Shown one piece after another: positions 13,214 to 25,408 of a stretch of DNA of 64,000 bases (the stretch's first letter is position 1; each line of letters starts with the position of its first letter). Under the pieces are notes generated by a model. The model did not search any database. It saw nothing but the letters and a program-made list of their open reading frames with translations, and was not told the DNA's origin. This DNA is from Neocallimastix sp. 'constans' (lineage: Eukaryota): the NCBI GenBank assembly GCA_050613775.1, contig JBODTK010000131.1:248001-312000 (forward strand), in the 5' to 3' direction. Position numbers and translations under genes: made by a program.

Positions 13214-13828
13214 TCTATTAAAATTTTGCGAAATGAAACTTTCACGAAATGAAAATTTGCGAGAAATGACACACACTCAAATTGTAAACTTAAAATTATT
13301 AAGTAAATTGGCATAAAACATTTTGCAAAGATTAATTATAAAAGAATTATTCTTGCTTTTATAAACTATTTATTTAATTAATTAATTTTTAAGATAATTA
13401 TAAAGTATTTAAAGTATTTCGTATAAAAAGTATAAAATTAAATATTAAAAATAAAGTATTAAAAATAAAGTATTATTCATAAAATAATAATAATTTTAGA
13501 AATTTATTATAAATAATAAGATATTAATATAAAATAATAATTATTTAAAAAAAGAATATAATATTAATACAAAATAATATAAAAATAATAAAAAAAATAA
13601 ATTTATAAATTATTTTCACATTTAATAGTTAAGTAATATAAAATTTATTTTATGTTTACATTAATTTTTATGTTTTTGTATAATTTTATGTATTTACATA
13701 AATTTATTTTTATCACGTTATATTAAATCACGTTTAAATTATATCACGTTTTAATAATGATTTATTAATTTATTTTTATGTAATTATTAATGAGCAAATT
13801 TTATTAATAATTAAAGTTTTATTGTTAT
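13214..13828 (+). mobile_element. Second copy of the TCTATT/CGAAATG repeat, interrupted by an LTR
   Basis: Near-identical to 7374-8078. Confidence 0.75.
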
Positions 13829-14034
13829 TGTTAAAAGTAGGAAACTCTAATCTAACTTTGGGTGAAAGTTAGAGTTGAAGAGAAATATTGCAAATGTATT
13901 ACTAAATAAAATAATATTTTTAATAATAATAATACAACTAACATATTATTAAGTATATGAAAAGAATTATTTTATTTTTATTTGTAAATTTAAGAAATTA
14001 TTATTATATATTTTAATTTCTAACGTTTCCCCTT
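13829..14034 (-). mobile_element. Putative 3' LTR (~13829-14025) with a polypurine tract
   Basis: On the minus strand, AAGGGGAAA precedes (C)GTTAG...TTTTAACA. The block interrupts the preceding repeat. Confidence 0.55.
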
Positions 14035-14179
14035 ACTTTCAAATTGGATTGGATTTTATTTTTTTTTATTATTAATATTATCCATTAATCTTTCCTTGCT
14101 TAATTTATTATTATACTTTTTATCTTATTTTATTATTTAATTTTTATTTTTATTAATTTTTTTTTTTTTTATATTTATA

Positions 14180-14906
14180 TATATATGAATCACTTTCTGT
14201 GAAATATTTTACTGTTTGATGATAGAAAATATTCATAGTATCATGCACAGATTAAAGGTAATTTGATATATCAGCCTTATGCTTAGCTTCTAATAATTCA
14301 ATCTTTTAAATAATTTCTTCACATAATAATTCATATTTATCCTTCTTTATTTTATAGGATTGTTCATGTTCCTTTAATATTGATGTAATACGTCTATATT
14401 CTTTACTACTATTAATTTCAGTACTTAATCTTTGTTCTGTATGAGCAATCATTGAGTGGTAATATCCATTTCAGTGCGAACATTATAATAGTTGTAAATA
14501 GAATCTTCAGCATCACAAATAGCCTTATTTAAGAAAGTTTTTTTTTTTTTTTTTTAACTATTCATAAAAGTTTTCCAGAGCTGGTAAGTATAAGCATTCA
14601 ATATCCTTAGAACTTGAACTTAAAGAATCACTAACAACTTCATCTCCTTTTAATTTTGCATCTTTAGATACAAAGGCATATTGCTTTTGTATATTCATAG
14701 TAGTTTTCATACAATTAATCATCTTTTTTACATTGTCTTCGGTTTGTTTGATATATTTTTTTAGTCTATTAAGTATATCAATAGCTGTATCAACCTTTGG
14801 ATCAACAATTTTAACCGGTTAGAAAAAGCCAAATTAAGCATTAACCTGTTCTTTAAAAGCTTGATTAAAGCGAGCTAAACGAAAAATGATTATTAGATTC
14901 AACCAT
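14180..14906 (-). pseudogene. Decayed intronless helical ORF, BAR/arfaptin-homology-like (tentative)
   Basis: Manual translation gives VKIVDPKVDTAIDILNRLKKYIKQTEDNVKKMINCM... and KDKYELLCEEII*KIELLEAKHKADISNYL*SVHDTMNIFYHQT. Confidence 0.4.
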
Positions 14907-15479
14907 TTTTAATTATATTTTTTGTTTGCCTAGTTTTGTCAGATTATTTATTATAATCTTTTTAAATTTACCCGAAACTAAATAAAATAATTTACAAAAC
15001 AATAACAATATATAATTTATAATATTGGTTTATAGTTGATTATTATATTTATACTAATATATAATTTTTTTATTTTTTATTTTTATATATATATTAATTA
15101 TATTTAGCGTATTACGTATAGCTGTATTTAAATAATGTGTGGGTGTTTTTTTTTTTTTTTTTTTTTTTAATTATACATAATACTGTCTAATTCTCCTACT
15201 TCTATTTTTATATATATAAATTTATATGATTCCTATTTATATTCAGGTGTTAAGTATTGATTTGAAGCATCAAAAATTATACCATTAGGATATTTTTTAT
15301 TTTCTTCTAAAAACATTTTTATACATCATTGTTTTCTTATAATATGGTCATCACTAATTAATATTGGATTATTAGGATATTACTTTAAGATTGGTATCAG
15401 CTTTTAATGGTTATTTATATTTCTTTTATATCGAAAGATTTCAATCAAAATAATAAAAATTATATTTCATATTTATTTT

Positions 15480-16374
15480 ATAATATCTTATGTTTTAAAT
15501 GAATGTAAATCAAAAACGGAGAGAGTTTTTTTTTTTTTTGTGATTATAGTAAAAATAAATATTTATACAAAAGTATAATTTTAATATTATTGGCTGTTAT
15601 ATATTATTTCATATATATATTATATTAATTTTCTATTTTAACATTCCTCCTAAAATCTATCTTTGTTGATTTTAATTCATAATATTAATAAATAAAGATA
15701 GATTTTCATATTTATTTTATTTGTTTTGGAATAATATTATAACGAAGAGTTTCTAAATGTTTGTCAAATTTTAAGAGATTAATAGTATAATGAAGATTAT
15801 CATTTAAAATGAAATTGAAATTTTAACCAAAAGTATTAATTCCATTAATATAATGTCTACCTTTGTCTTCCAAGTAAAATTTGTTATATTGATTAACAAA
15901 ACATGATGCTTTTTCATTATATTCTTCAGTATCATTATGAGTACACCAATTTATTATGTCTTTTTATATCATATTTCCTGAACTAAAGGAAGATCGTTGT
16001 AAATACCGGTAGGAATATTAAATGTATAAAATTACATATAGTACATTACATTTATTGTTTGTTGTGGTAATGTCTAACATTTCTTGAGTTATATTTTCTT
16101 AAGAAGTTTTCTTTATTTTCAATGAATAATTATTTAAAATTCCATTAACATTAGCTACATTATTTGAATAATTATCTTCAGTAATGGCAAAGTCTTAAAA
16201 AAAAAATATTAAAAAGAATTTCAAAATTTTTTATAATCATTTATACCACAAGTGTATAAATTATTGTAACCTTTTTGGAGGCATATTCACTGTTTTCATC
16301 ATCCAACTATTCCACGTTTGAAATTTTATTAATCCAAGGTTGTATAATATATTCTATAACTTTCTCCTCATATT

Positions 16375-16408
<34 letters not shown>

Positions 16409-16823
16409 ATTTTATACTGGCAGAATCAAATTTCTAAAGAGGATTTCCAATTAAAATTTGGATATTTTAATTAATGTTTTAACATTAACAATTTCATATT
16501 GATCAGCTTCTTTAATATTATTATATTTTTTTTTTTTTGATTTCTTTTCAAATTTAGTAAACTGAGTCAATCATTTTATTAATATTTCTTTTTTCTGAAT
16601 CTTTGAAAATATTTCATTAGATCATTTTTAAATCATTATCATTTTTATTATTGATTATTCTAAATGATAAAATGATAATTTCATTATCATTCATTTGTAT
16701 TTTAGTATTAAATTGAAAATTATTTATATTAAATCCTTGTTTTCCAACACTGTGAAATTTAAAAAGTAATATACCTAATTTATAAGGATCATTGTATTAT
16801 CTTCTCTTTCTTCAATTTGCAAA

Positions 16824-16854
<31 letters not shown>

Positions 16855-17050
16855 TTTTAAATTTTTTTTTTTTATTAATTTTAAAATTTTTTTTTATTAG
16901 TTTGAATTTTTTATATTAATGTGATTTGTTTCATTAATGAATTTAGATAGATGTTATTAAATAAAGTTTGGTAGTATAATTATACAATTTATAGATCAAA
17001 TTTTATTGATTATTTTATTTATAAAAGCTTGATATAACTCGATTCTAATT
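15480..17050 (-). mobile_element. Highly decayed Copia remnant
   Basis: The minus strand has PPT AGGAGGAA followed by TGTTAAAA at ~15643, plus faint protease- and RNase H-like traces. Confidence 0.5.
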
Positions 17051-17569
17051 TCCACTTTTTGGGAGAAGCGATTATATTCTTTTTAATATTTATTTTTATT
17101 TATTTAGTAATAATAATTAGTTAACAACTTAACAATTACATAATATAAAATAATTTACATTTATACTAATTTATAATAAAGTTTTCAAATAATAAAATAT
17201 AAAGTTTAATATAATATATATACATAATTAAATGTTATAAAATATAATAAATATTAGAAATAAAATAAAAGTTATTTAATATAATAAATTATTAATAATA
17301 CACAATGAAGAGAGAGGTCCAAAACGCCAATTTTTTTCACGTGATATATCAAATTTTGAGGCTTTTTAAATTAATAGTTATATGATACTATTTTGTTGTA
17401 TTATTAATTTGTAATAATTTTTCTTAAAATTTATTAAGTGAATAATTAAATAAATTATAATGGTTAGATAAAAATAAATATTTTTTTACAAAAAAAAAAA
17501 ATAAAATAAAATATTCAAACAATTAAAAGGTTTAATATTCAAACAATTAAAAGGTTTATTTTAAAAAAA

Positions 17570-17910
17570 AATATTAATAAAATACTTTAACAATTATATA
17601 GATTTATTTATTTAAAAAAAATATTAATAAAATACATAACAATTATATAGATTTATTTATTTAAAAAAAAATATTAATAAAATACTTTAACAATTATATA
17701 GATTTATTTATTTAAAAAATATTAATAAAATATTTAAACAACTATTAATAAAATACTTTAGCAATTATATAGATTTATTTATTTAAAAAAAATATTAATA
17801 AAATACTTTAACAATTATATAGATTTATTTATTTAAAAAAAATATGAATAAAATACTTTAACAATTATATAGATTTATTTATTTAAAAAAAAAATTAATA
17901 AAACATTTAA
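17570..17910. repeat. ~50-bp tandem repeat in the MULE subterminal region
   Basis: caattatatagatttatttatttaaaaa recurs about six times. Confidence 0.85.
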
Positions 17911-18344
17911 ACAATTATTAATAAAATTAATTATAAACATTAATAATAAAATATAAAAATATAAAAATATAAAAATATATTATTGATATTAATAATAAAG
18001 TATAAAAATATAGGATTATTTATTCTAAAAAAAATATTAATAAAATATTTAAACAATTATTAATAAAATTAATTATAATAATAAAATTATAGAATATTTA
18101 TTTAAACTACATAAATTTTATCAAGTATATAAACATTTTAACTTTTTAATAATTATAAAATTTTAATTAATAAATTTAATCATAAGTTTTTGTATGAAAG
18201 AATTTTAATGATTTTTTCATTTGGAAATTCCTCTGTCATTTCATAATTATTTATTATTAAATAATATTTATAAAATATTATTTAAATTAGTTAAACATTC
18301 AAACCACAATTTAGTAAGATCACTTCTATCATATTTAATATTAA

Positions 18345-19688
18345 TTAACTTGGCTTCTTTATTTTTGTATTTTTCAATAAGATATTAATTTCATCAGTTT
18401 TTGTTTTTATTTTTTTTTTCATTCTCCAAATTCCTTTTATTTTCATTTGGTAATCATAATATGATAAATGTTCCTGTTCTTTTAATTTATTTATTAATTC
18501 ATAAAAATTTGGTTTCATTGGAAATAGTTTATTTAAAGAATTATTGAGTGATTCTGAAGCATTATTGGTTATATGTTCAATATTATTATAATAATTCCAA
18601 CTTTTCATATCGTAACCAATTAAATATGTTTCATAAAAATATTCTAAAAATTTTAAAAATTGACAAGAATTTTTTTCAATGGATTTAGTTTTAATTAATG
18701 AAAAAATATCCATTATGTATTCAGGGTTGATAAATGGTAAGTTTGAAATTCCTTTGTAATAATTAAATATTTTTCCATCATCGTTCACTTCATTACGGCA
18801 CAATTCATTTTTTTTAATTTCTAATAAATTTTTATAATGCCAAATACAGTATTTAATATTTATATTAGGAAATATTTTTTTAACTGCTTTGGATATGCCT
18901 TTTTCAAAATCGCAATGTACATTTTTTGGTTCAGTTATAATATTATTATTAGAATTTTGTTTTAATTTATTGAATAACATTTTATATGTTTTTTGCTTTT
19001 TATTTCTTAATATTGCATAAGAAGTAGCATAAAAACTATTCAATTCTTTAACGTAAGTTCTAGTAATAAACACTTGTTGACTAAATTTAGGTGCGATATA
19101 AAAAGTACCATCCACAAATATATCATTATTATATTTCTTAAATAATTTTGCTTGAAAAGGGGATTGAAAAATTACTAAATCAGAATTTTTGAATATCATA
19201 AAATCTTCATTTCGTTCAGTTTTATAATATTCAGATTCATTAGGAATTTCATTAAAAGTTGTTACATTGGATGGTAGTTTTTTATTAATACTTCTTAATA
19301 TTAGAGTTTTAACTGAAATATATTCTGGACACGGATATATAAATCCCATTTCTTTAGAAATTTCATTATATAGTCTTTTTCGTTTTATATCAAAAGGATT
19401 TGAATGTTTTTTAATTTCATCTTTAATTTTATGTTTCATTACAGATAGGGATACACTATATTCGTTTCCAGGATGATTATGTAAACTCTCATATTTTAAG
19501 ATTTCTTTCTCATTATTTAAAATAATAAAAGATTTACATTTATTATTTTTTTTATATTCGGTACATTTATAAACTCTTGAATTATCTTTCCTTGAATGTG
19601 AAAAATTAAATTTATATTGTTTATTAATAATGATTTGTTCTTCTCCTTTATTAGACTCACTTATATAAATAGTTATGTTTTCTTCCAT
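18345..19688 (-). CDS. MULE transposase (N-terminal FLYWCH/WRKY-like Zn finger plus DDE domain), probably with a frameshift near the C-terminus
   Basis: Motifs YKC..C..HNH, FVDGTFY, HCDFE, CIWH and TNNASES. An alternative frame continues homology with the 60-61 kb copy to ~18270. Confidence 0.92.
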   Translation of the reverse strand: MEENITIYISESNKGEEQIIINKQYKFNFSHSRKDNSRVYKCTEYKKNNKCKSFIILNNEKEILKYESLHNHPGNEYSVSLSVMKHKIKDEIKKHSNPFDIKRKRLYNEISKEMGFIYPCPEYISVKTLILRSINKKLPSNVTTFNEIPNESEYYKTERNEDFMIFKNSDLVIFQSPFQAKLFKKYNNDIFVDGTFYIAPKFSQQVFITRTYVKELNSFYATSYAILRNKKQKTYKMLFNKLKQNSNNNIITEPKNVHCDFEKGISKAVKKIFPNINIKYCIWHYKNLLEIKKNELCRNEVNDDGKIFNYYKGISNLPFINPEYIMDIFSLIKTKSIEKNSCQFLKFLEYFYETYLIGYDMKSWNYYNNIEHITNNASESLNNSLNKLFPMKPNFYELINKLKEQEHLSYYDYQMKIKGIWRMKKKIKTKTDEINILLKNTKIKKPS

Positions 19689-20856
19689 TTATAAATTTTA
19701 ATATATAGTTTTTAATTATATCTTTTAAATTATTATATTAATTATCTAAATATTATTTTTTAATATTAATTCTGAACAATTAAATATTCAATTTTTTTTA
19801 AAAGATAAAAAGTATTTTAATTATTTCTTTTTCTTTTAATTTTTTTTAAAAAAAAAACAGATACATAAAGTATATATGAAAATATTTTAATTTTTATTAT
19901 TTAAAAATAAATTATTTATTTAATGTATATAAAAAAAACTTAATTATTTATTTATTCTAAATTAATATTAATTATTTTTTTTTAATATATACTAATAAAG
20001 AATTTATGAATTAATTAATTATTTTATTTATATTATAATCTAATTAAATTATTAACTTTTAAATATTTTTAAAACAACAAATATATATAGCATTTTTTAG
20101 CATATAAAGTAGAACTGGGCTTTCTACTGGTTTGTTATGTGGCGACTTAATAATCATCTGGTGTCCAGCCAACCCCTGCTGGTATCTATTCTTGATCTGA
20201 TTTTCCCGATAGGGTTTGGAGAAAGGGTAAAGGGGTTATAATGGAACAATTTCAGGTAAGTATTAATTCCGCTCCTACCATTATTGGATTGCCACGTATT
20301 TAATTTCTATATTTGATCACCCATGGCATCCTAGTGTAGTTGTATAGCCTATACTGTGAGGGTTACGAGTTCAATTTCTATAGGATAACACGGATGTTAT
20401 TTGGCAAGACATGTCTACTGGAGCTACCTCTGCTTAGGAATTTGGAGCGCCGACGTCGTACTGATATAGTATAAGATATATATACCAAAGTATATATGTT
20501 CTTTACAAGCCCATATATATAATATGGGATAGACATGTGAATTCATATGTGTAAAAAACCTATTTATATATCTCTACAAAACGGTTGCTGTAATATATAA
20601 ATAGTAATTGAAATGTGAACAACAAATTTTAATTTTTGAAATTTCAATTTACAGCTATAATTTAAGTCTTATAAAAATATTATTTTGTAATTTTTATTAT
20701 TATTTAATATTTTATTTATAAATTATATATAAAATAAAAGGTTTAATTCTATTATTAAGATGTTATAATAACAACTAAAGTTTTAGTTATAATATAAAAA
20801 ATTAATATTTTAAATAATATTAATTTAAATATAAATTTATAAAATAAAATTTTTTA

Positions 20857-21035
20857 ATAATAAAATATAAAAATATTATATTGATATTAATAATAAAATA
20901 TAAAAATATTATATTGATATTAATAATAAAATATAAAAATATTATATTGATATTAATAATAAAATATAAAAATATTATATTGATATTAATAATAAAATAT
21001 AAAAATATTATATTGATATTAATAATAAAATATAA
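20857..21035. repeat. 33-bp tandem repeat, about five copies
   Basis: Unit aataaaatataaaaatattatattgatattaat; the spurious ORF over it shows an 11-aa period. Confidence 0.9.
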
Positions 21036-21705
21036 AAATATAAAAATATAAAAATATAATATTAATAGAAAAATATAAAAATATAATATCAATAATAAAA
21101 TATAAAATATAAAAATATAATATAAATATTAATAATAAAAAATAAAAAATAAGGTTATAAGGAAAATAATTATTTATCATTTTCCTTATAACATGATTGT
21201 CAAAAAAAAAAAAATTGTATAAAAATATTTTATTTTTTATTGACCTTTTTAATTTTTATTTATTTATTTATTTACTTATTTATTTATACATTTATTTCTT
21301 TTTTACTTAAAATTATATTAAATTTTATGGCGTAATAATATAAATTTTAAAAGCCACAAATAAATAGATGGCTTATTAAAATTTCAAAAAAAAAAAAAAT
21401 TGGCGAAATGGACCACATTCTATAGTTAGTTATATAATAACTTAGAATATAATATTATTAATGTATTAAATAATTAAATATGTATTGTTATGTAAATGTA
21501 TTGTGGCGCATATATGACGTACATCATATACTTACATAAACAACCAAATATAGTTATATTAAATGTAATAAATAAATAATATTTATATAATTGTATTATA
21601 CAATTAATTATAAAGAAGAACCTTATTAAATAAAGATATTATTAAAAGTAGAGATCGAAATCTCAATTTCAAAGAAATATTTTTAAAACTAATAAATATA
21701 TTTAT

Positions 21706-22900
21706 TTATATTTATATATAATTTTTTTTTTTTTTTTTATATAATTTAAATATATATATATTTATATATTTATTTATATTTATATTTAATATTTATATTT
21801 ATATTTATATTTATATTTATATTTATATTTAATATTTATATTTATATTTAATATTTATATTTATATTTATATTTATATTTAATATTTATATTTATATTTA
21901 TATTTATATTTATATATTTATTTATTTATTTATATTTATATTTATATTTATATTTATACTTATTTATAATTTTATATTATTTTTTTTTTCAAAAATTAAA
22001 ATAAATAATAAATAAATAAAAAAAAATTAATCATTTTACAAATTATGTTTAGGAATGCTTCCTTCATATCATTCAGGATGCAAAGAAGCAAGGAAAAAAG
22101 TTGTGTTGAGCGAAATAAGCGACGAAGAGGCTCTAGAAAAAGCAAGTGAAATCTATGACGTGGCTTTGGAATTACAAAAAGCAGGGCAGACTTGTACAGC
22201 ATTGTTAAAATTTGAAGAGGCTTTTTTTGGAGAAAAATCTGCAGTGCCGTCGTCAGAAAAATTATATGGCACTTTTCGTGAGTGTCTTTTAAAAAATGAA
22301 TTAGTTGATAGTTGTTTTGTTTCTGTGCTGAAGAATTCTTTTATTTCTGCTGCCTCTTCCTCCATAGCTTCAATTTTTATGCAACAGGGACAATATCTTG
22401 AAGCTGCCTTTTGGTATGGTGTATCCTATGTAAATGGAAACTCCTCGGCTAGAAACTCATTTGATACCGCGGTGACTTATTACAATAGTTCTACTCACGC
22501 TAAGGGAGAGTAAATTTGTATACTAAATTAATCATTCTTTTGTTATTCATGTTTGTTGGCAGGCGTTCGTTAACCTTAGATCCTTTTATGGAATATGTAA
22601 AGGTTTATTTTAAAGAAGGTTATTCAAATGTGTACTCCTACGTTAGTTACACTTTTAGTTAAGGAAGAGGGTATAATAATTGAAAGTAATAGTTTTTATA
22701 TTTATTTATTTTTTTTTTTTTTTTTTTAATACAAAAAATAAAAATAAAAAATAAATAAATAAATTAAAATTAATTGAAATGATAATTAATTTACAAGCAA
22801 AAAACATTAGAATTTAAATAATTTTCAACTCAACATTAAAAATATTTCATTTCAATTTTTTATTTTTTTATTTTATTTTTTTTATTTTATTATTTATTTA
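21706..22900 (+). repeat. Right arm of the inverted duplication
   Basis: Reverse complement of ~700-1897. Confidence 0.9.
22055..22513 (+). CDS. Hypothetical 152-aa protein (copy 2)
   Basis: Identical to copy 1 except for one G>R change (FGEC vs FREC). Confidence 0.55.
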   Translation: MLPSYHSGCKEARKKVVLSEISDEEALEKASEIYDVALELQKAGQTCTALLKFEEAFFGEKSAVPSSEKLYGTFRECLLKNELVDSCFVSVLKNSFISAASSSIASIFMQQGQYLEAAFWYGVSYVNGNSSARNSFDTAVTYYNSSTHAKGE

Positions 22901-23512
22901 TTTTTATTTATTATTTAAATTTATTTTTTATTATTTATTTATTATTTATTATTTTTATTTATTTATTTATTTTTTTTTTTTTTTTAATCTTCATCCTGAA
23001 GTATGGTATTTTATTTTTCATTTTAAGAATAATGTAAACTCTGAACATTAAACTATTTTTTATCATTCAAGTATTTTTATATATAAATATATATATAAAA
23101 GTATTATTTTTTTTTTTTATTTATTAATTAGAAAAATTAATGTAGAAGTTATAGTTTTTTTTAAAAAAAAAAATTATAAATTACATAAATAAAAAAAGAA
23201 TTTATAATAATATTAAAAATAAATATATATATATGATATTTTTAATTTTAGATACTCAAATAAAAAATATTTATATATATGTATTACATTGAATTATAAT
23301 ATATAAATTTAAACACTTTTTAATACAAGTTTGGATAATTCAAAATTAATAATAAGAAATAAAAAAATATAGAAATAAATAGAAATTAATAAATAAACAT
23401 AATAATATTTTAATAAAAGAAATAATTTTAATTGAATAAACTAAATTTATAAAGAAAAGCCTTAAATAAAAAATATAATTAGTTAGGTAGTAAAGATAAT
23501 TTATGGAAGTTG

Positions 23513-23552
<40 letters not shown>

Positions 23553-24136
23553 TCTTTGAATTATATATATATATTTTAATGTTTAATGAATCTATAAATA
23601 AATAAATAATTAATATTTTAAATTATTAAATAAATAATACTATACTAAAAAAAAAAAAAAAAAAAAAAAAACCCAAAATTTTTAGTAATATTTAATTTAT
23701 AAATATACTCTTTCCTTCAAACAAGAATATATATTTTATATATAATATTTTTTTTTTAAAAAATAGAAATAAAGAAATAAGAAATATGATAATAAAAAAT
23801 AAACCTAATTAATTAATTAGGAAAAAAAAAATTAGTATTAAGACTTCATTCTTAAAATATTTTATTCTTATTTTATTTTATTTTGTTTTTTTTTTAAAAA
23901 AATATTATCAAATATTTTTTTATTTTATAATTATATAATTATATAAAATATAATTATTTTTTTTTCTTTAATATTAAATTTTTTACAAAGTAAACCATGT
24001 TAATGTTAAAGGAATAAATTATCTTTTTTTTTTTTTTTTTTTTTTTATAGGAAGATATTTATTAGTAATTAATTTGTTTTAATGTATTTGAAGGGTTTAA
24101 TTTTAAGAACAAATAAAACATTTTATTAAAAATTAT

Positions 24137-25408
24137 TGTTTTATTAATATTTATTATTTAGAAATACGCAATATTACAAAGATAAAAAATGTTTAACAAA
24201 ATTATACTTACATATATTGTGGCATGACAATAATAAAATAAAATTATTTTAACAATGAATTAAATAATGTATTTCAAATACAAAAAAAATAATTTACTAA
24301 TAACAAAATAAAATAATTAATATAATTTTAAATATATTTAATTAACTTCATATAATCTAACATTCCTCCTCAGACCAGAATACTTTTCATTAAATATTTG
24401 GTCTTTAAATTTGATCTTTTATGGTCCATTTAAGTTCTTGATTAAAGGATCCGCTTGCATATTCTCGGTGTTAATATAATTTAAAGTAATTTTTACTATC
24501 TTTGATATTGTCCTAATTAATTAATATCTATATGCTTTAGTTTATTATTGATTTCTCCGTTTCCGAGTGTTGTTTTTCTTGAAAATATTATCAGTCATAA
24601 TTTTGTATAATTTTGCTATATTGAATAGTTCCATGAAAAATATTTCTGATCAATAAAGCTTTCTTAATGCATTCGCTGGTAGCAATATATTTCACTTCGT
24701 CAGTAGATGTGGCAACCACTGATTGTTTTTTTCGATTACCATCAAATCGGATCCCATTCTCATTAGAATTATATATCCTGAGGTGGATTTTCTATCATCG
24801 GGATCTCCAGCATCATCCAAGGTCTGTAGAAGCTAGTATTTCACCTTTACCTTTATATGTGATTTTGTATTCTTTTCTTTTGTATAGTTTTGATATTTTA
24901 AAATATTTATTACCTTATTTCCAGTTTTCCATTGTGGGATTTTCTGAATGTCTTCCAACTTTACCTGTATCATACGCTATATATCTGGTCTGGTACAGCA
25001 TGCTAAATATAGGAAAGATCCTATGGCACTTTCATAAGTTATTTTATTAAATTTCTTATTGTTGGTTGATAGTCTTATTTATTCCTGAGAATGGTGTTTT
25101 TTTTTTTTTTTTTTTAATATTTGTTACTTAGAATTTTTTGTAAAAAATATCATTAATTAATTTTGTTTGTGAAATGGGAGTAGTTTAAATTAATTTAATT
25201 CCCAGTAGAAGTAGATCGTTTGTCTTGTTCGTATTTCGATATTTTTAAAGTTATTCGTTATTTTATATATCATTTTATTTATTTAATACCTGTGATTCGC
25301 AAATCGTCTACATATACTTCTATTATACATGATACCAAGTCTCCGCCCATTTTCTTAAAAATACATAGCTCAGAAGAAAATCGATCAAAACCATTGTTTT
25401 TAAGGAAA
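24137..25408 (-). mobile_element. Decayed Copia 3' part (RT/RNase H, PPT, 3' LTR)
   Basis: The minus strand encodes VYVDD (~25310), KQSVVATSTDEVKY and ENMQADP. PPT GAGGAGGAA is followed by TGTTAG at 24362. The left LTR boundary is uncertain. Confidence 0.8.

Larger units (their letters stand above)
17310..21420 (-). mobile_element. Mutator-like (MULE) DNA transposon with imperfect TIRs
   Basis: Left end gagagaGGTCCAaaaCGCCAATTTTTTT matches the right-end reverse complement gaatgtGGTCCAtttCGCCAATTTTTTT. The ends enclose a transposase. No TSD found. Confidence 0.75.

Noticed and set aside
15393..15402. TGGTATCAG resembling a tRNA-iMet PBS
   Set aside because: The match is short, is not preceded by an LTR end and lies in decayed minus-strand TE sequence.
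17570..17910. CRISPR-like periodicity here and at 20857-21035, 51275-52767 and 57220-57475
   Set aside because: The context is eukaryotic, with no unique spacers between conserved repeats and no cas genes. These are minisatellites or intron-exon units.
20105..20264. U1 snRNA: the minus strand contains ATACTTACCTG and, further on, GATCAAGAA
   Set aside because: The spacing to the putative loop I is far too long, and there is no ATTGCAC loop II or Sm site. It is better explained as a plus-strand 5' splice-site consensus.
21648..21668. GAGATCGAAATCTC as a second half-tRNA PBS (Arg-UCG) after an LTR-like block
   Set aside because: The complement forms a hairpin with a 4-6 nt loop rather than a 7-nt anticodon loop, and no gag follows.
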